A stretch of DNA of 64,000 nt from Cardiobacteriaceae bacterium (lineage in GTDB: Bacteria; Pseudomonadota; Gammaproteobacteria; Cardiobacteriales; Cardiobacteriaceae). Position 1 is the stretch's first letter. Every line of letters starts with the position of its first letter. Both the position numbers and the translations under genes were made by a program. Location: contig JAUNEA010000004.1 of NCBI GenBank assembly GCA_030525785.1, positions 69,359 to 133,358 of the forward strand. Direction: 5' to 3'. Shown piece by piece: positions 13,518-22,402 of this stretch. The notes beneath the pieces are model-generated. The model ran no database searches, had not been told where the DNA came from, and saw only the letters and a list, made by a program, of their open reading frames with translations.

Positions 13518-14531
13518 TTATTTCAAACCATAACAAGCTTTGAGCAAATCTACGCCGTGATAAACGAAACCTGTATAGACTTGCACCAAATCCGCGCCAG
13601 CCTCAAGTTTTTCATGATAATCTTCAGCCGACATCGTGCCACCTGCACCAATCAAGGTAATCTTTGGCAATGCTTGACGAGCTTTTGCCAGCAATGCTGT
13701 CGAGCGAGCAGTTAAAGGCTTCCCTGATAACCCCCCTTCTTCGGCTCCATACAGATGATGCGAAACAAGGGTTTTATCAATGGTGGTATTGCTGACAATC
13801 AAGCCTTCCACGCCACTCTCACCAATGCTGTCCCACAGTGCAGACAAAGCGCTTTCCTCTTGGTCAGGCGCGACTTTAACCACCAATGGCACAAAGCGCT
13901 TGGCTTCTCGCTGTTCATGCTTCATCGCCTCCAACAAATCACGCAACGATTGCCCATGCTGCAAAGCACGGAGATTTTGCGTATTGGGCGAGGAAATATT
14001 GATGGTGATGTAATCAGCGATTTCAGCTGCCTGACGAAAAGCGCTTTGGTAATCCTGTATGGCTTCTTCATTCGGCGTATCTTTGTTTTTGCCAATGTTG
14101 ATGCCAATGATAGCGCGTAAGGTTTTTTGGGCTTTAGCGTGTTTAACGCGTTCTACCAAAGCGCTTACACCTTCATTGTTAAAGCCCATGCGGTTGATAA
14201 TCGCTTGTTCCGAAGATAAGCGAAACAAACGCGGCTTGGGATTGCCTGCTTGTGGACGAGGGGTCACCGTGCCAACTTCAAGATGTGAAAATCCCAAACG
14301 GTCAAATGCCTCAATCGCCACCGCATTTTTATCCAGCCCCGCCGCCAAGCCTAAACGATGACGAAAAGAAAGCCCCATCAATTCGAGCTTTTCCACAGGA
14401 GGCTCTAGATAAGGCACTGCACAAGGCATCTTCGAAAGCGCTTTGAGGCTCAAATCGTGGGCGGTTTCAGGGTCAAGTCGCAACAAAGCTTGGTGGGCGA
14501 TTTTCTGCCCAAGAGTTTGCAAAAACATCAT
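13518..14531 (-). CDS. pyrD: dihydroorotate dehydrogenase (quinone), type 2
   Basis: 337 aa, MMFLQTLGQKIAHQALLRLDPETAHDLSL... is the typical membrane-associated class 2 DHODH N-terminus, with a TIM-barrel body. Confidence 0.9.
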   Translation of the reverse strand: MMFLQTLGQKIAHQALLRLDPETAHDLSLKALSKMPCAVPYLEPPVEKLELMGLSFRHRLGLAAGLDKNAVAIEAFDRLGFSHLEVGTVTPRPQAGNPKPRLFRLSSEQAIINRMGFNNEGVSALVERVKHAKAQKTLRAIIGINIGKNKDTPNEEAIQDYQSAFRQAAEIADYITINISSPNTQNLRALQHGQSLRDLLEAMKHEQREAKRFVPLVVKVAPDQEESALSALWDSIGESGVEGLIVSNTTIDKTLVSHHLYGAEEGGLSGKPLTARSTALLAKARQALPKITLIGAGGTMSAEDYHEKLEAGADLVQVYTGFVYHGVDLLKACYGLK

Positions 14532-15608
14532 TTACCCTCGCACACGTTCAAATTCTGCCATAAACGCCAAAAGCGCTTTGAGGCTTTCCTCAGGCAAGCC
14601 ATTGTACAAACTGGCACGCAAACCGCCCACAATCTTATGCCCTTTCAAGCCATTAATACCTTCTTTTTCAGCACTCTGCCAGAATAAGGTATCCAATTCA
14701 TCGCTTGGGGTTCGAAACACGACATTGGTTCTGGAGCGATATTTAGGCTCAATGGCGTTATGGTAAAAAGCGCTTTGGTCAATAGCTTGATACAGGGCTT
14801 GTGAACGGCGAATAGATTGGGCTTCCATTGCCTCAACACCACCTTGTTTCTCTATCCATTTCAACATTTTACCCAGCATATAGATTTGGAACGTTGGCGG
14901 TGTGTTGTACAAACTATCAGCATCAGCATGGGCTTTGTAGGTGAAGAATTTAGGCAAATGGGGGTGGTCTTCTAGCAAAGACTCATGCACAAAAACCAGC
15001 GCCAAGCCTGATGGTGCAAGGTTTTTCTGCACACCACCATAAGCCAATAAAACCTTATCCCAATCCACAGGACGCGCGTAATAATCAGAGGAATAATCCA
15101 CCACCAATGGCGCATCAATTGTGGGCAAATCATGGAATTGAACGCCGTTTACTGTCTCATTGCTGCAAACATAGGCATAACGCGTATGGGCTTCAACCGA
15201 CAAAGCGCTTTGAGGCAAGCTCGTGAAGCCATCACTCTCACCGCTCCAAAGCTCGTAAGCATCGCCAATGCGCTTGGCTTCTTGGTATGCCTTTTTCGCC
15301 CAAACCCCTGAATTGACGAAAGCTGCTCGCCCTCCCTTTGCCAGCAAATTTTGCGCCGTCATCGCAAATTGTTGATGCGCACCGCCTTGCAACAAAAGCG
15401 CTTTGAAATGTTGAGGCGCACCGAGTAAACGGCTCGCCAAATCTAACGTTTCAAAATGCACAGCTTCAAAGCGCTTTGAACGGTGGCTAATCTCCATCAC
15501 CGACATACCACAGCCTTGAAAATCCAGCAGCTCTGCTTGGGCTTCTTGCAAAAGTTCTGTAGGCAGGGTGCAAGGTCCTGCGCAAAAATTATGAATGCGT
15601 TCGCTCAT
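14532..15608 (-). CDS. serC: phosphoserine aminotransferase
   Basis: SerC-like MSERIHNFCAGPCTLP... The start was chosen at the ATG preceded by GAGGAG; the tracked ORF extends 6 codons further to 15626. Confidence 0.9.
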   Translation of the reverse strand: MSERIHNFCAGPCTLPTELLQEAQAELLDFQGCGMSVMEISHRSKRFEAVHFETLDLASRLLGAPQHFKALLLQGGAHQQFAMTAQNLLAKGGRAAFVNSGVWAKKAYQEAKRIGDAYELWSGESDGFTSLPQSALSVEAHTRYAYVCSNETVNGVQFHDLPTIDAPLVVDYSSDYYARPVDWDKVLLAYGGVQKNLAPSGLALVFVHESLLEDHPHLPKFFTYKAHADADSLYNTPPTFQIYMLGKMLKWIEKQGGVEAMEAQSIRRSQALYQAIDQSAFYHNAIEPKYRSRTNVVFRTPSDELDTLFWQSAEKEGINGLKGHKIVGGLRASLYNGLPEESLKALLAFMAEFERVRG

Positions 15609-15728
15609 GATGTTCTCCTCAGCCACTTGAATAAAAGTAGGATTATACCCTTGCTACAAAGCGCTTTGTGTGGCTCTTTTGGGCATAAAAAAAGCACGCA
15701 AGGCGTGCTGATAAACGAGGAAATTTAT

Positions 15729-15805
15729 TGGTAGGCCCAGAGGGACTTGAACCCCCGACCAAGCGATTATGAGTCGCCTGCTCTAACCGACTGAGCTATA
15801 GGCCC
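15729..15805 (-). tRNA. tRNA-Ile2 (anticodon CAT, lysidine-type; formally indistinguishable from tRNA-Met by anticodon alone)
   Basis: Reverse complement GGGCCTATAGCTCAGTCGGTTAGAGCAGGCGACTCATAATCGCTTGGTCGGGGGTTCAAGTCCCTCTGGGCCTACCA. The anticodon stem-loop GGCGACTCATAATCGCTTGG matches the E. coli ileX-type tRNA-Ile(LAU) rather than initiator or elongator Met. A CCA end is encoded. Confidence 0.85.
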
Positions 15806-15948
15806 TAAAAGGCTGGCAATTATAACAAAGCGCTTTGCGCCATGCTAGTTTCCTAAACAATCTTACCCAAATCCTAAGCTTTTAAGCAGAAACTCCAGTT
15901 TACTCATCATCTTTTTTATAATGCTCGCTTTGTTTTTCGGATTACGTT

Positions 15949-16902
15949 ATGAGTGAACAACAACGCGGTGTCCACTATCTCACCATCACCGCCAAAGAAG
16001 CTGGGCAACGACTGGATAATTTCCTCTTCAAAACCTACCCCAGTATCCCCAAAAGCCGCATTTATCAGATGTTGCGCAAAGGCGAGGTACGGCGAAACAA
16101 AAAGCGCATTGAGGCCAGCGATAAGCTTGTGCTGGGTGATGAAATCCGTATGCCTCCTGTGCGGTTTGAGGAAAAAAATCGCGCCAGCGTGCCGCCTTAT
16201 TGGTGTGAACGGATACAAAATGCTGTGGTGTTCGAAGATGAGCGCTTTTTGGTACTGAATAAACCTGCAGGCATCGCCGTTCATCAAGGCAGTGCCAATC
16301 CTTATGGCGTGATTGATGTGGTTTATGCGCTGTGGGGAGAAGGTTATGCAGAACTGGCACACCGCATTGACCGTGAAACCTCAGGGCTACTCATTCTCGG
16401 CAAAACCCATGAATCTCTCGCCGATATTCAAGCTCAAATACAAGCTGGAACAGTGGAGAAGAAATATTGGTGTTTGGTGCGTGGAGGATGGGCGAAAATG
16501 AAAACTGTGCGTTTAAATGTACGCAAAATTCAAGCCGAAGATGGCGAACGCATGATGAATGGCGAAGAGGGCAAAGAAGCCATTACCCATTTCAAACGCC
16601 TCTCTGAATTCAAAGCGCTTTCTACCCCAGAAACCATGAGCCTTTTAGAAGCTACCATCGAAACAGGGCGGACACATCAAATCCGATTGTCTGTTCAACA
16701 CTGTGGCAGCGCGATTGCTGGCGATGATAAATACGGCGACCGTGAATTTAACAAAGCGCTTAAACGTTTAGGCTATCGTGATATGTTTTTACACGCCCAT
16801 ACCATCGCCTTTGACCTCAATCCTGAAACACGCCTTGTGCTGGAAGCTCCCTTGCCCCAAAGCGCTTTGCAGCTCCTCGATACTCTCATACCCCAATCTT
16901 AA
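15949..16902 (+). CDS. rluC: 23S rRNA pseudouridine synthase, RluC/RluA family with S4 domain
   Basis: 317 aa with an N-terminal S4-like RNA-binding region and the RluA-family catalytic motif (HRIDRETSGLLIL). Confidence 0.8.
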   Translation: MSEQQRGVHYLTITAKEAGQRLDNFLFKTYPSIPKSRIYQMLRKGEVRRNKKRIEASDKLVLGDEIRMPPVRFEEKNRASVPPYWCERIQNAVVFEDERFLVLNKPAGIAVHQGSANPYGVIDVVYALWGEGYAELAHRIDRETSGLLILGKTHESLADIQAQIQAGTVEKKYWCLVRGGWAKMKTVRLNVRKIQAEDGERMMNGEEGKEAITHFKRLSEFKALSTPETMSLLEATIETGRTHQIRLSVQHCGSAIAGDDKYGDREFNKALKRLGYRDMFLHAHTIAFDLNPETRLVLEAPLPQSALQLLDTLIPQS

Positions 16903-16925
16903 TGATCTACTTAAAGGAGATGCTT

Positions 16926-17747
16926 ATGCCTCACCAACATCTTGCCATGCAGGAACATCATTTCCTCATTCCTTACTTCAATCATCAGCGCCGTGTGCGT
17001 GTCTTATTACCCTCTAACTACCAACATGAGCCTCACCAGCGTTATCCCGTGCTTTATATGCATGATGGACAAAATGTTTTCTACAGCAAAGAGTCATACT
17101 CTGGACATTCGTGGAAAGTCATTCCCACGTTAAAACGTCAGCAGGATTTGCCCAAATTGATGATTGTCGGCATTGACCATGCCAGCGAAAAGCGCCTTGA
17201 TGAGTATGGGCCTTGGAAAACGGATCGCGCACAAGGGCATCAAATGGGGCATAGTGGTGGATTAGGGATTGCCTATGGCAATTGGTTGGTACACACACTC
17301 AAGCCCTTTATTGACCAACACTACCGCACCCTACCCGAACGCCAACATACCTTAACCGCAGGCAGCTCGATGGGTGGCATCATCACCGCGTATCTAGGCG
17401 CTGCTTATCCTGAAGTTTTCGGACATTTGGGCGTGTTTTCACTGGCTTCATGGTTCAGCGAAAGCGCTTTTTTGGATTATTTAAATCATCACCCCTTAAA
17501 GCCTGATAGCCGTGTTTTTATTCAAGTGGGAACCAATGAAGGCGATGAAGTTGATGCTTTGTTTATTCAAAATATGAGTCAAACGTATATTGATTGCACG
17601 TTACGATACTACCAAAGCCTATTAAAGCATCAGCACCCACTTCAGAATATTCGGCTTCATATCACCGCCCATGCCATTCATCATGAAAAACATTGGGCAG
17701 ATCATTTTGCCGATTTTATTCGATTCTCTTTAGCCCATCAGGGATAA
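16926..17747 (+). CDS. putative esterase (esterase D / enterochelin-esterase-like, PF00756-type alpha/beta hydrolase)
   Basis: Start at MPHQHL after AAGGAG RBS; GSSMGG nucleophile elbow; PVLYMHDGQNVF motif typical of the family. Confidence 0.7.
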   Translation: MPHQHLAMQEHHFLIPYFNHQRRVRVLLPSNYQHEPHQRYPVLYMHDGQNVFYSKESYSGHSWKVIPTLKRQQDLPKLMIVGIDHASEKRLDEYGPWKTDRAQGHQMGHSGGLGIAYGNWLVHTLKPFIDQHYRTLPERQHTLTAGSSMGGIITAYLGAAYPEVFGHLGVFSLASWFSESAFLDYLNHHPLKPDSRVFIQVGTNEGDEVDALFIQNMSQTYIDCTLRYYQSLLKHQHPLQNIRLHITAHAIHHEKHWADHFADFIRFSLAHQG

Positions 17748-17752
17748 TGGAT

Positions 17753-17800
17753 TCCCACAAAAAAAGCGCTTTGAGATACCAACCCAAAGCGCTTTTTCTC
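17753..17800. terminator. bidirectional terminator between convergent esterase genes
   Basis: AAAAAAAGCGCTTTGAG ... CCCAAAGCGCTTTTTCTC inverted pair with flanking A and T runs. Confidence 0.4.
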
Positions 17801-17815
17801 GCCATCAATCAAGAA

Positions 17816-18568
17816 TCAAATGAAACCCTGTTCTTCTAATTTGGTTAAGAAATAAGGCATTTGAACTTTCCACCATGGCCAATCATGGTCAACATCATGT
17901 CCCCAATAATCAAACCATGCTGGAATACTTTTTGCTTCAAAAGCGCTTTGTAATTTCTGGGTCGCTGCAATATGCTCTTCTTCCCAAGCACCTTGCCCAA
18001 CGGCAATAATGTAATGATTACGGCGATATTGTTGCAAAGTCGCATCATCATGCTGATGCCATAAATAATCAGCAGGCGAATGATAATAAACAGCTTGATC
18101 GCCATGATATTCTTGGGTAAAGAATCGCGCATCATAAACACCACTTAAAGCAATCGCAATATCAAAAATAAAGGGGTGGCGAAGGGCAAAATTGATGGTA
18201 TGAAAAGCGCCCATACTGCAACCTGTTGCTATAATGCCTTGCTTTTCTGGCGATTCATGACGAATTAAAGGAACCAATTCATTCACAATATAGCGATCAT
18301 AAGCCGCATGAGCTTGCGCCATATCATGGGCTAATTTATGTTTGGATAACCAAGATTGTTGGTCATAAGAATCAGGACAATAAAAGGTTAATAACCCCCT
18401 ATCAATCCAAGAACGGCAGGCTTCAATCATGCCAAAAGCGCCATATTCATATTGATTACCGCCTGATGATGGGAAAACCAAAACGGCTTTACCTCCATGA
18501 CCATAAACATTAAACGGCATTTCCTGCCCTAATTCACCACTCCAATGGCTACGCTGTTGAGTATTCAT
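17816..18568 (-). CDS. putative esterase (PF00756-type), second copy
   Basis: 250 aa with GCSMGA nucleophile elbow and LVFPSSGGNQYEY motif. It is co-directional with and 15 nt downstream of the ATP-grasp gene. Confidence 0.7.
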   Translation of the reverse strand: MNTQQRSHWSGELGQEMPFNVYGHGGKAVLVFPSSGGNQYEYGAFGMIEACRSWIDRGLLTFYCPDSYDQQSWLSKHKLAHDMAQAHAAYDRYIVNELVPLIRHESPEKQGIIATGCSMGAFHTINFALRHPFIFDIAIALSGVYDARFFTQEYHGDQAVYYHSPADYLWHQHDDATLQQYRRNHYIIAVGQGAWEEEHIAATQKLQSAFEAKSIPAWFDYWGHDVDHDWPWWKVQMPYFLTKLEEQGFI

Positions 18569-18583
18569 TGCTTTATCTTTCCT

Positions 18584-19762
18584 TTATTGCTTTGCTTGTG
18601 CAAAATTTGCCAATTCAATCATTTGTTCACGGGTTTCTGTTCTGGCCACAATACCCCATTCGCCCATAATCTTTGAAAAGACACCTGGAACTTGTTCTAC
18701 ACTAACAATCTTCTCTCCAAAGTGCTTTTGCACATCTTCAATACTATGGGCATAGGTCTTATTAGCTTTTCTTGCAATGTAGATCACATAATAACGATGG
18801 GAAATATCTGCATGGAATTGATTGTGTTTAACCACAGAGGCATACTCACGGAAAACATCAAAATCGTCAGCATAATTCCACATATCAATGGTTAAACCAC
18901 CAGGTGGACGGCAATTAATTTCCAAAGGCATAAATTCTCCCGTTTTCTTTTTACGGAAAAATTCAAAATGGAAGAATCGTTCACGGATATTAAACCCTTT
19001 CACGCATTGCTCACCCATTTTGACCAAATCAGGGGAAATATCACGCGTCACATAATAATACATATCGCTATCTTGGCTTACCGTATCCAAAACAGCTTCT
19101 GAATATTCTAAACTTGAATAGAAAACAATCTTGCCTTCTTTATCAACTAAGCCATCAAAAGTTACAATATCGCCATCGATATATTCTTCCAAAATATAAG
19201 AGACTTGGGGATTCAACAAGGCTAAAAAAGATTCCAATTGATCTTTGTTTTGAATTTTGTAAGTATCACTTGAGCCAACACCAGAATTAGGCTTAATCAC
19301 CACCGAATAATCAAAGCGCTTTGCCAATGCTCTAGCCTCATCAGCCGTTTTAAAGGTTTGACCCTGCGCCACCTTTAACCCAATCTTCTGGAAAATCTCC
19401 TTCATTTTAGATTTGGTTTTAATCGATGCCATATCATCATTTTTATAGCCAAACACATTAAAATCTGTACGCAATTTTGCATCTAATTCCAGCCAATGTT
19501 CATTATGTGATTCAATACGATCAATTCTGCCATATTTATGCGCAAAGTAACCCACCGCGCGATAAACCTGCTCATAATCATTCATATCATCAACACGATA
19601 ATACTCTGTCAAAGCGCTTTTCAATCCCTCACTTAATTGCTCATAGGGTGTATCAGCAATGCCTAAAGTATGAAAACCTGCCTCACGCAAACGATGGGCG
19701 AAGGTTTCAAAGTTGGGGGGAAAATGGGGGGAAATCATCACAAAATTTTTGGGTTCTGACAT
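18584..19762 (-). CDS. ATP-grasp domain protein (carboxylate-amine ligase of unknown specificity)
   Basis: 392 aa; the ATP-grasp fold is recognisable (KPNSGVGSSDTYKI... EYIDGDIVTFDGLV... LEINCRPPGG). Confidence 0.7.
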   Translation of the reverse strand: MSEPKNFVMISPHFPPNFETFAHRLREAGFHTLGIADTPYEQLSEGLKSALTEYYRVDDMNDYEQVYRAVGYFAHKYGRIDRIESHNEHWLELDAKLRTDFNVFGYKNDDMASIKTKSKMKEIFQKIGLKVAQGQTFKTADEARALAKRFDYSVVIKPNSGVGSSDTYKIQNKDQLESFLALLNPQVSYILEEYIDGDIVTFDGLVDKEGKIVFYSSLEYSEAVLDTVSQDSDMYYYVTRDISPDLVKMGEQCVKGFNIRERFFHFEFFRKKKTGEFMPLEINCRPPGGLTIDMWNYADDFDVFREYASVVKHNQFHADISHRYYVIYIARKANKTYAHSIEDVQKHFGEKIVSVEQVPGVFSKIMGEWGIVARTETREQMIELANFAQAKQ

Positions 19763-19913
19763 AATGCCTCTCCTTAGCGAATAAAAGCCACCAATGGCTT
19801 AAGCTGATTATAGCCTTATAACCCTTTGATGGTGCAACTGTATCATGCGCTAATTAACTAAATATCAACAACCGATGCTCTTGTGTTAAGGTGTTCAATT
19901 TTTGGGGAAGATT

Positions 19914-20780
19914 ATGCTGTATCAAATTATTGCGCTGCTTATCTGGAGTAGCTCTTTTGTGGCGGCGAAATATGCTTACACGCTGCTAGACCCTGTGCTA
20001 ACTGTTCAAGCACGGCTCATCATTGCAGGGCTTATTATTTTGCCGACTTCATTTCCTCTTTTAAAACTCGTACCACGCCATGAATGGAAAACCCTGCTTT
20101 GGCTTTCTTTTGCCAATTATGTAGCTGTTTTATTGTTACAATTCATTGGCTTAAAATACACTTCCGCCGCCTCAGCCGTTACGCTCATTGGCTTAGAGCC
20201 TCTGCTGATGGTGTTTGTAGGGCATTATTTTTTCGGCGACAAAGCCGCTCCGTTTCATTGGATTTGTGGGGCGGTCGCATTTGTGGGAGTAGCCTTGTTG
20301 ATGTTCGGTGGTCATGGTGAAGGTTCACCCAAAACCATCGACCCCTTCGGCTGTTTGCTGGTCTTGCTGGCTGGTATTGTCTTTTGCTTTACTCTGCGCC
20401 CCACCCAAGCCATGATTAAGCGCATTGGTGCTCATGTTTACACCCAAACCTCTCTACTACTCGCTGCGCCTTTATGTTTACCGTTCACCCTGATGCTGAC
20501 CGAAAACTATGCCATTCATTGGGATTGGCGAGGCTTTTGGGCATTGTTGTATTTGGCGGTGGCTTGCAGCTGGCTGGCGTATTGGCTATGGAATCAAGGC
20601 ATGAACCAAGTGCCTGCCAATTTGATGGGGCTTTTAACCGCATTGGAGCCTATTTTTGGGGTCATTCTGGCCGTGATTTTGCTACGCGAACCCACAAGCG
20701 CTTTGTCATGGTTAGGGATTGCTTTGGTCATTATGGCCACAACAAGTGCTGCCTTTTTAGAACGTCAGCGTAAAACCTAA
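19914..20780 (+). CDS. EamA/DMT-family transporter
   Basis: Ten predicted TM helices with two EamA-like repeats. Start placed at the ATG after a GGGGAAG RBS; the tracked ORF uses an upstream TTG. Confidence 0.75.
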   Translation: MLYQIIALLIWSSSFVAAKYAYTLLDPVLTVQARLIIAGLIILPTSFPLLKLVPRHEWKTLLWLSFANYVAVLLLQFIGLKYTSAASAVTLIGLEPLLMVFVGHYFFGDKAAPFHWICGAVAFVGVALLMFGGHGEGSPKTIDPFGCLLVLLAGIVFCFTLRPTQAMIKRIGAHVYTQTSLLLAAPLCLPFTLMLTENYAIHWDWRGFWALLYLAVACSWLAYWLWNQGMNQVPANLMGLLTALEPIFGVILAVILLREPTSALSWLGIALVIMATTSAAFLERQRKT

Positions 20781-20864
20781 AAGATTTATCCGAACCTTCA
20801 GCTTCAAAAGCGCTTTGTGCGCCAAGCTACGGGGTTCTTCTTTTTCACCATGCTATAAGGAACT

Positions 20865-21830
20865 TTGATGACAGAACAAGAAAAAAGCGCTTTAGCCAGC
20901 GCACTCGTTGAACTACGCAAAGAATTAAAAGCTTATCGCAACCGCCATTGGCTACGGAATTTGCTCATCATCGGCGTTTTGGTGTTGATGGTGTTCAATG
21001 TGATGGGGCGAGGTATGTATAACCCAACACAAGAACAGGTAGCGATTATTGATGTACAAGGCGTGATTGCTGATGACCAGCTCGCCAACAGCGCCGATAT
21101 TATTCGGGGATTGAAACAAGCATCTGACAATCCGCAAGTGGTCGCAATTGTGTTAAACATCAATTCACCTGGTGGCTCACCCGTACAATCCGCGCAAGTG
21201 TATCGCGCCATCAAAGCGCTTAAGAAAGAGCGTGGCAACTTGCCCATTTATGCGGTTATCCAAGACATTGGCGCATCAGGCGCGTATTTCATTGCCGCCG
21301 CCACCGATGATATTTATGCTGACCCAGCCAGTTTGGTAGGCTCCATTGGTGTGATTAGTCAACAATTTGGCTACCAGCAATTGTTGGAAAAGCTAGGCTT
21401 AGATTCTCGCACCTTTACCGCAGGCGAACATAAAAATTTCCTCTCAGGCGCAAAACCTTTAAATGAAAAGGAAGTGGCTCATATGCAAACGCTTTTAGAC
21501 ACCATTCATCAGCAATTCATCGATGCTGTAAAACAAGGTCGTGGCGAACGATTAGCGGACAATCCTGAGATTTTCAGTGGCTTATTCTGGACGGGTGAAC
21601 AAGCCAAAGCGCTTGGCTTAATTGATGGTTTCGCCTCCCCCTCCGAACTCAAACAACAACGCTTTCCCAATGCGGAATGGGTTGATTACAGCCCTGCAGG
21701 TCACCCACTTGAACAAGCATTGCGTAACATGGGTATGGAAATGGGCAGTGGCGTAGGTCAAGGAGCGCTCAAAACGTTAAACAGCGCTTTGGGTTTGGAA
21801 CAACAAGTCCACCCCGTACTCTCTAAATAA
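20865..21830 (+). CDS. sppA: S49-family signal peptide peptidase (SppA 36K type / SohB-like)
   Basis: 321 aa with an N-terminal TM segment and S49 motifs (VVAIVLNINSPGGSPVQSAQ; catalytic Ser in the GASGAY region). Confidence 0.8.
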   Translation: MMTEQEKSALASALVELRKELKAYRNRHWLRNLLIIGVLVLMVFNVMGRGMYNPTQEQVAIIDVQGVIADDQLANSADIIRGLKQASDNPQVVAIVLNINSPGGSPVQSAQVYRAIKALKKERGNLPIYAVIQDIGASGAYFIAAATDDIYADPASLVGSIGVISQQFGYQQLLEKLGLDSRTFTAGEHKNFLSGAKPLNEKEVAHMQTLLDTIHQQFIDAVKQGRGERLADNPEIFSGLFWTGEQAKALGLIDGFASPSELKQQRFPNAEWVDYSPAGHPLEQALRNMGMEMGSGVGQGALKTLNSALGLEQQVHPVLSK

Positions 21831-22373
21831 CTCTCCCAACCCCATCACGGGCAGACCCATAAGCGTATTGAGGTCGCGCCCGTGAAGCGCTTTGAACAAA
21901 TGAATGGCAAATCCCTCGCATTTGATGCTGCCAGCACATTCCAAAGGCTTTTCCAATTCCAAGTAAAACACAATTTCCTCGCGCGAAAGCTCACGAAAAA
22001 CAACATCAAACGTTTCTACCAATTCACGAACTTCCTCACCACGCCGCAAGCATAAGCCTGTGTAAAATCGTACAGTTTTTCCTGAAAACTTGCTCAACTG
22101 CTCAATAGCTCGTTCCATTGTATGTGGTTTGCCTAAAATCTCTCCCTCCAAACAGGCAACTTGGTCACAACCAATCACAAAAGTTTCCTCATCAGCTGAC
22201 ACGGCAAAAGCCTTTAATTTTGCCAATCTTGCCACCAATGCCTCTGCGCCTTCATTTGCCAAAGCGCTTTCATCAGAATCCGTGCGTACGGCTTTAAACG
22301 GAATATTGAGTTTTTGCAAAATGCCTGCGCGTGTAGGAGATTGCGAGGCAAGAATAAGATTAAAAGATTTCAT
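21777..22373 (-). CDS. maf: Maf-like nucleoside triphosphate pyrophosphatase
   Basis: MKSFNLILASQSPTRAGILQKLNIPF... is a typical Maf N-terminus, about 198 aa. Its 3-prime end overlaps the convergent sppA by ~54 bp. Confidence 0.8.
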   Translation of the reverse strand: MKSFNLILASQSPTRAGILQKLNIPFKAVRTDSDESALANEGAEALVARLAKLKAFAVSADEETFVIGCDQVACLEGEILGKPHTMERAIEQLSKFSGKTVRFYTGLCLRRGEEVRELVETFDVVFRELSREEIVFYLELEKPLECAGSIKCEGFAIHLFKALHGRDLNTLMGLPVMGLGELFREYGVDLLFQTQSAV

Positions 22374-22402
22374 TTTTATCCTTCTTATCAAAATACTATC
22401 GA

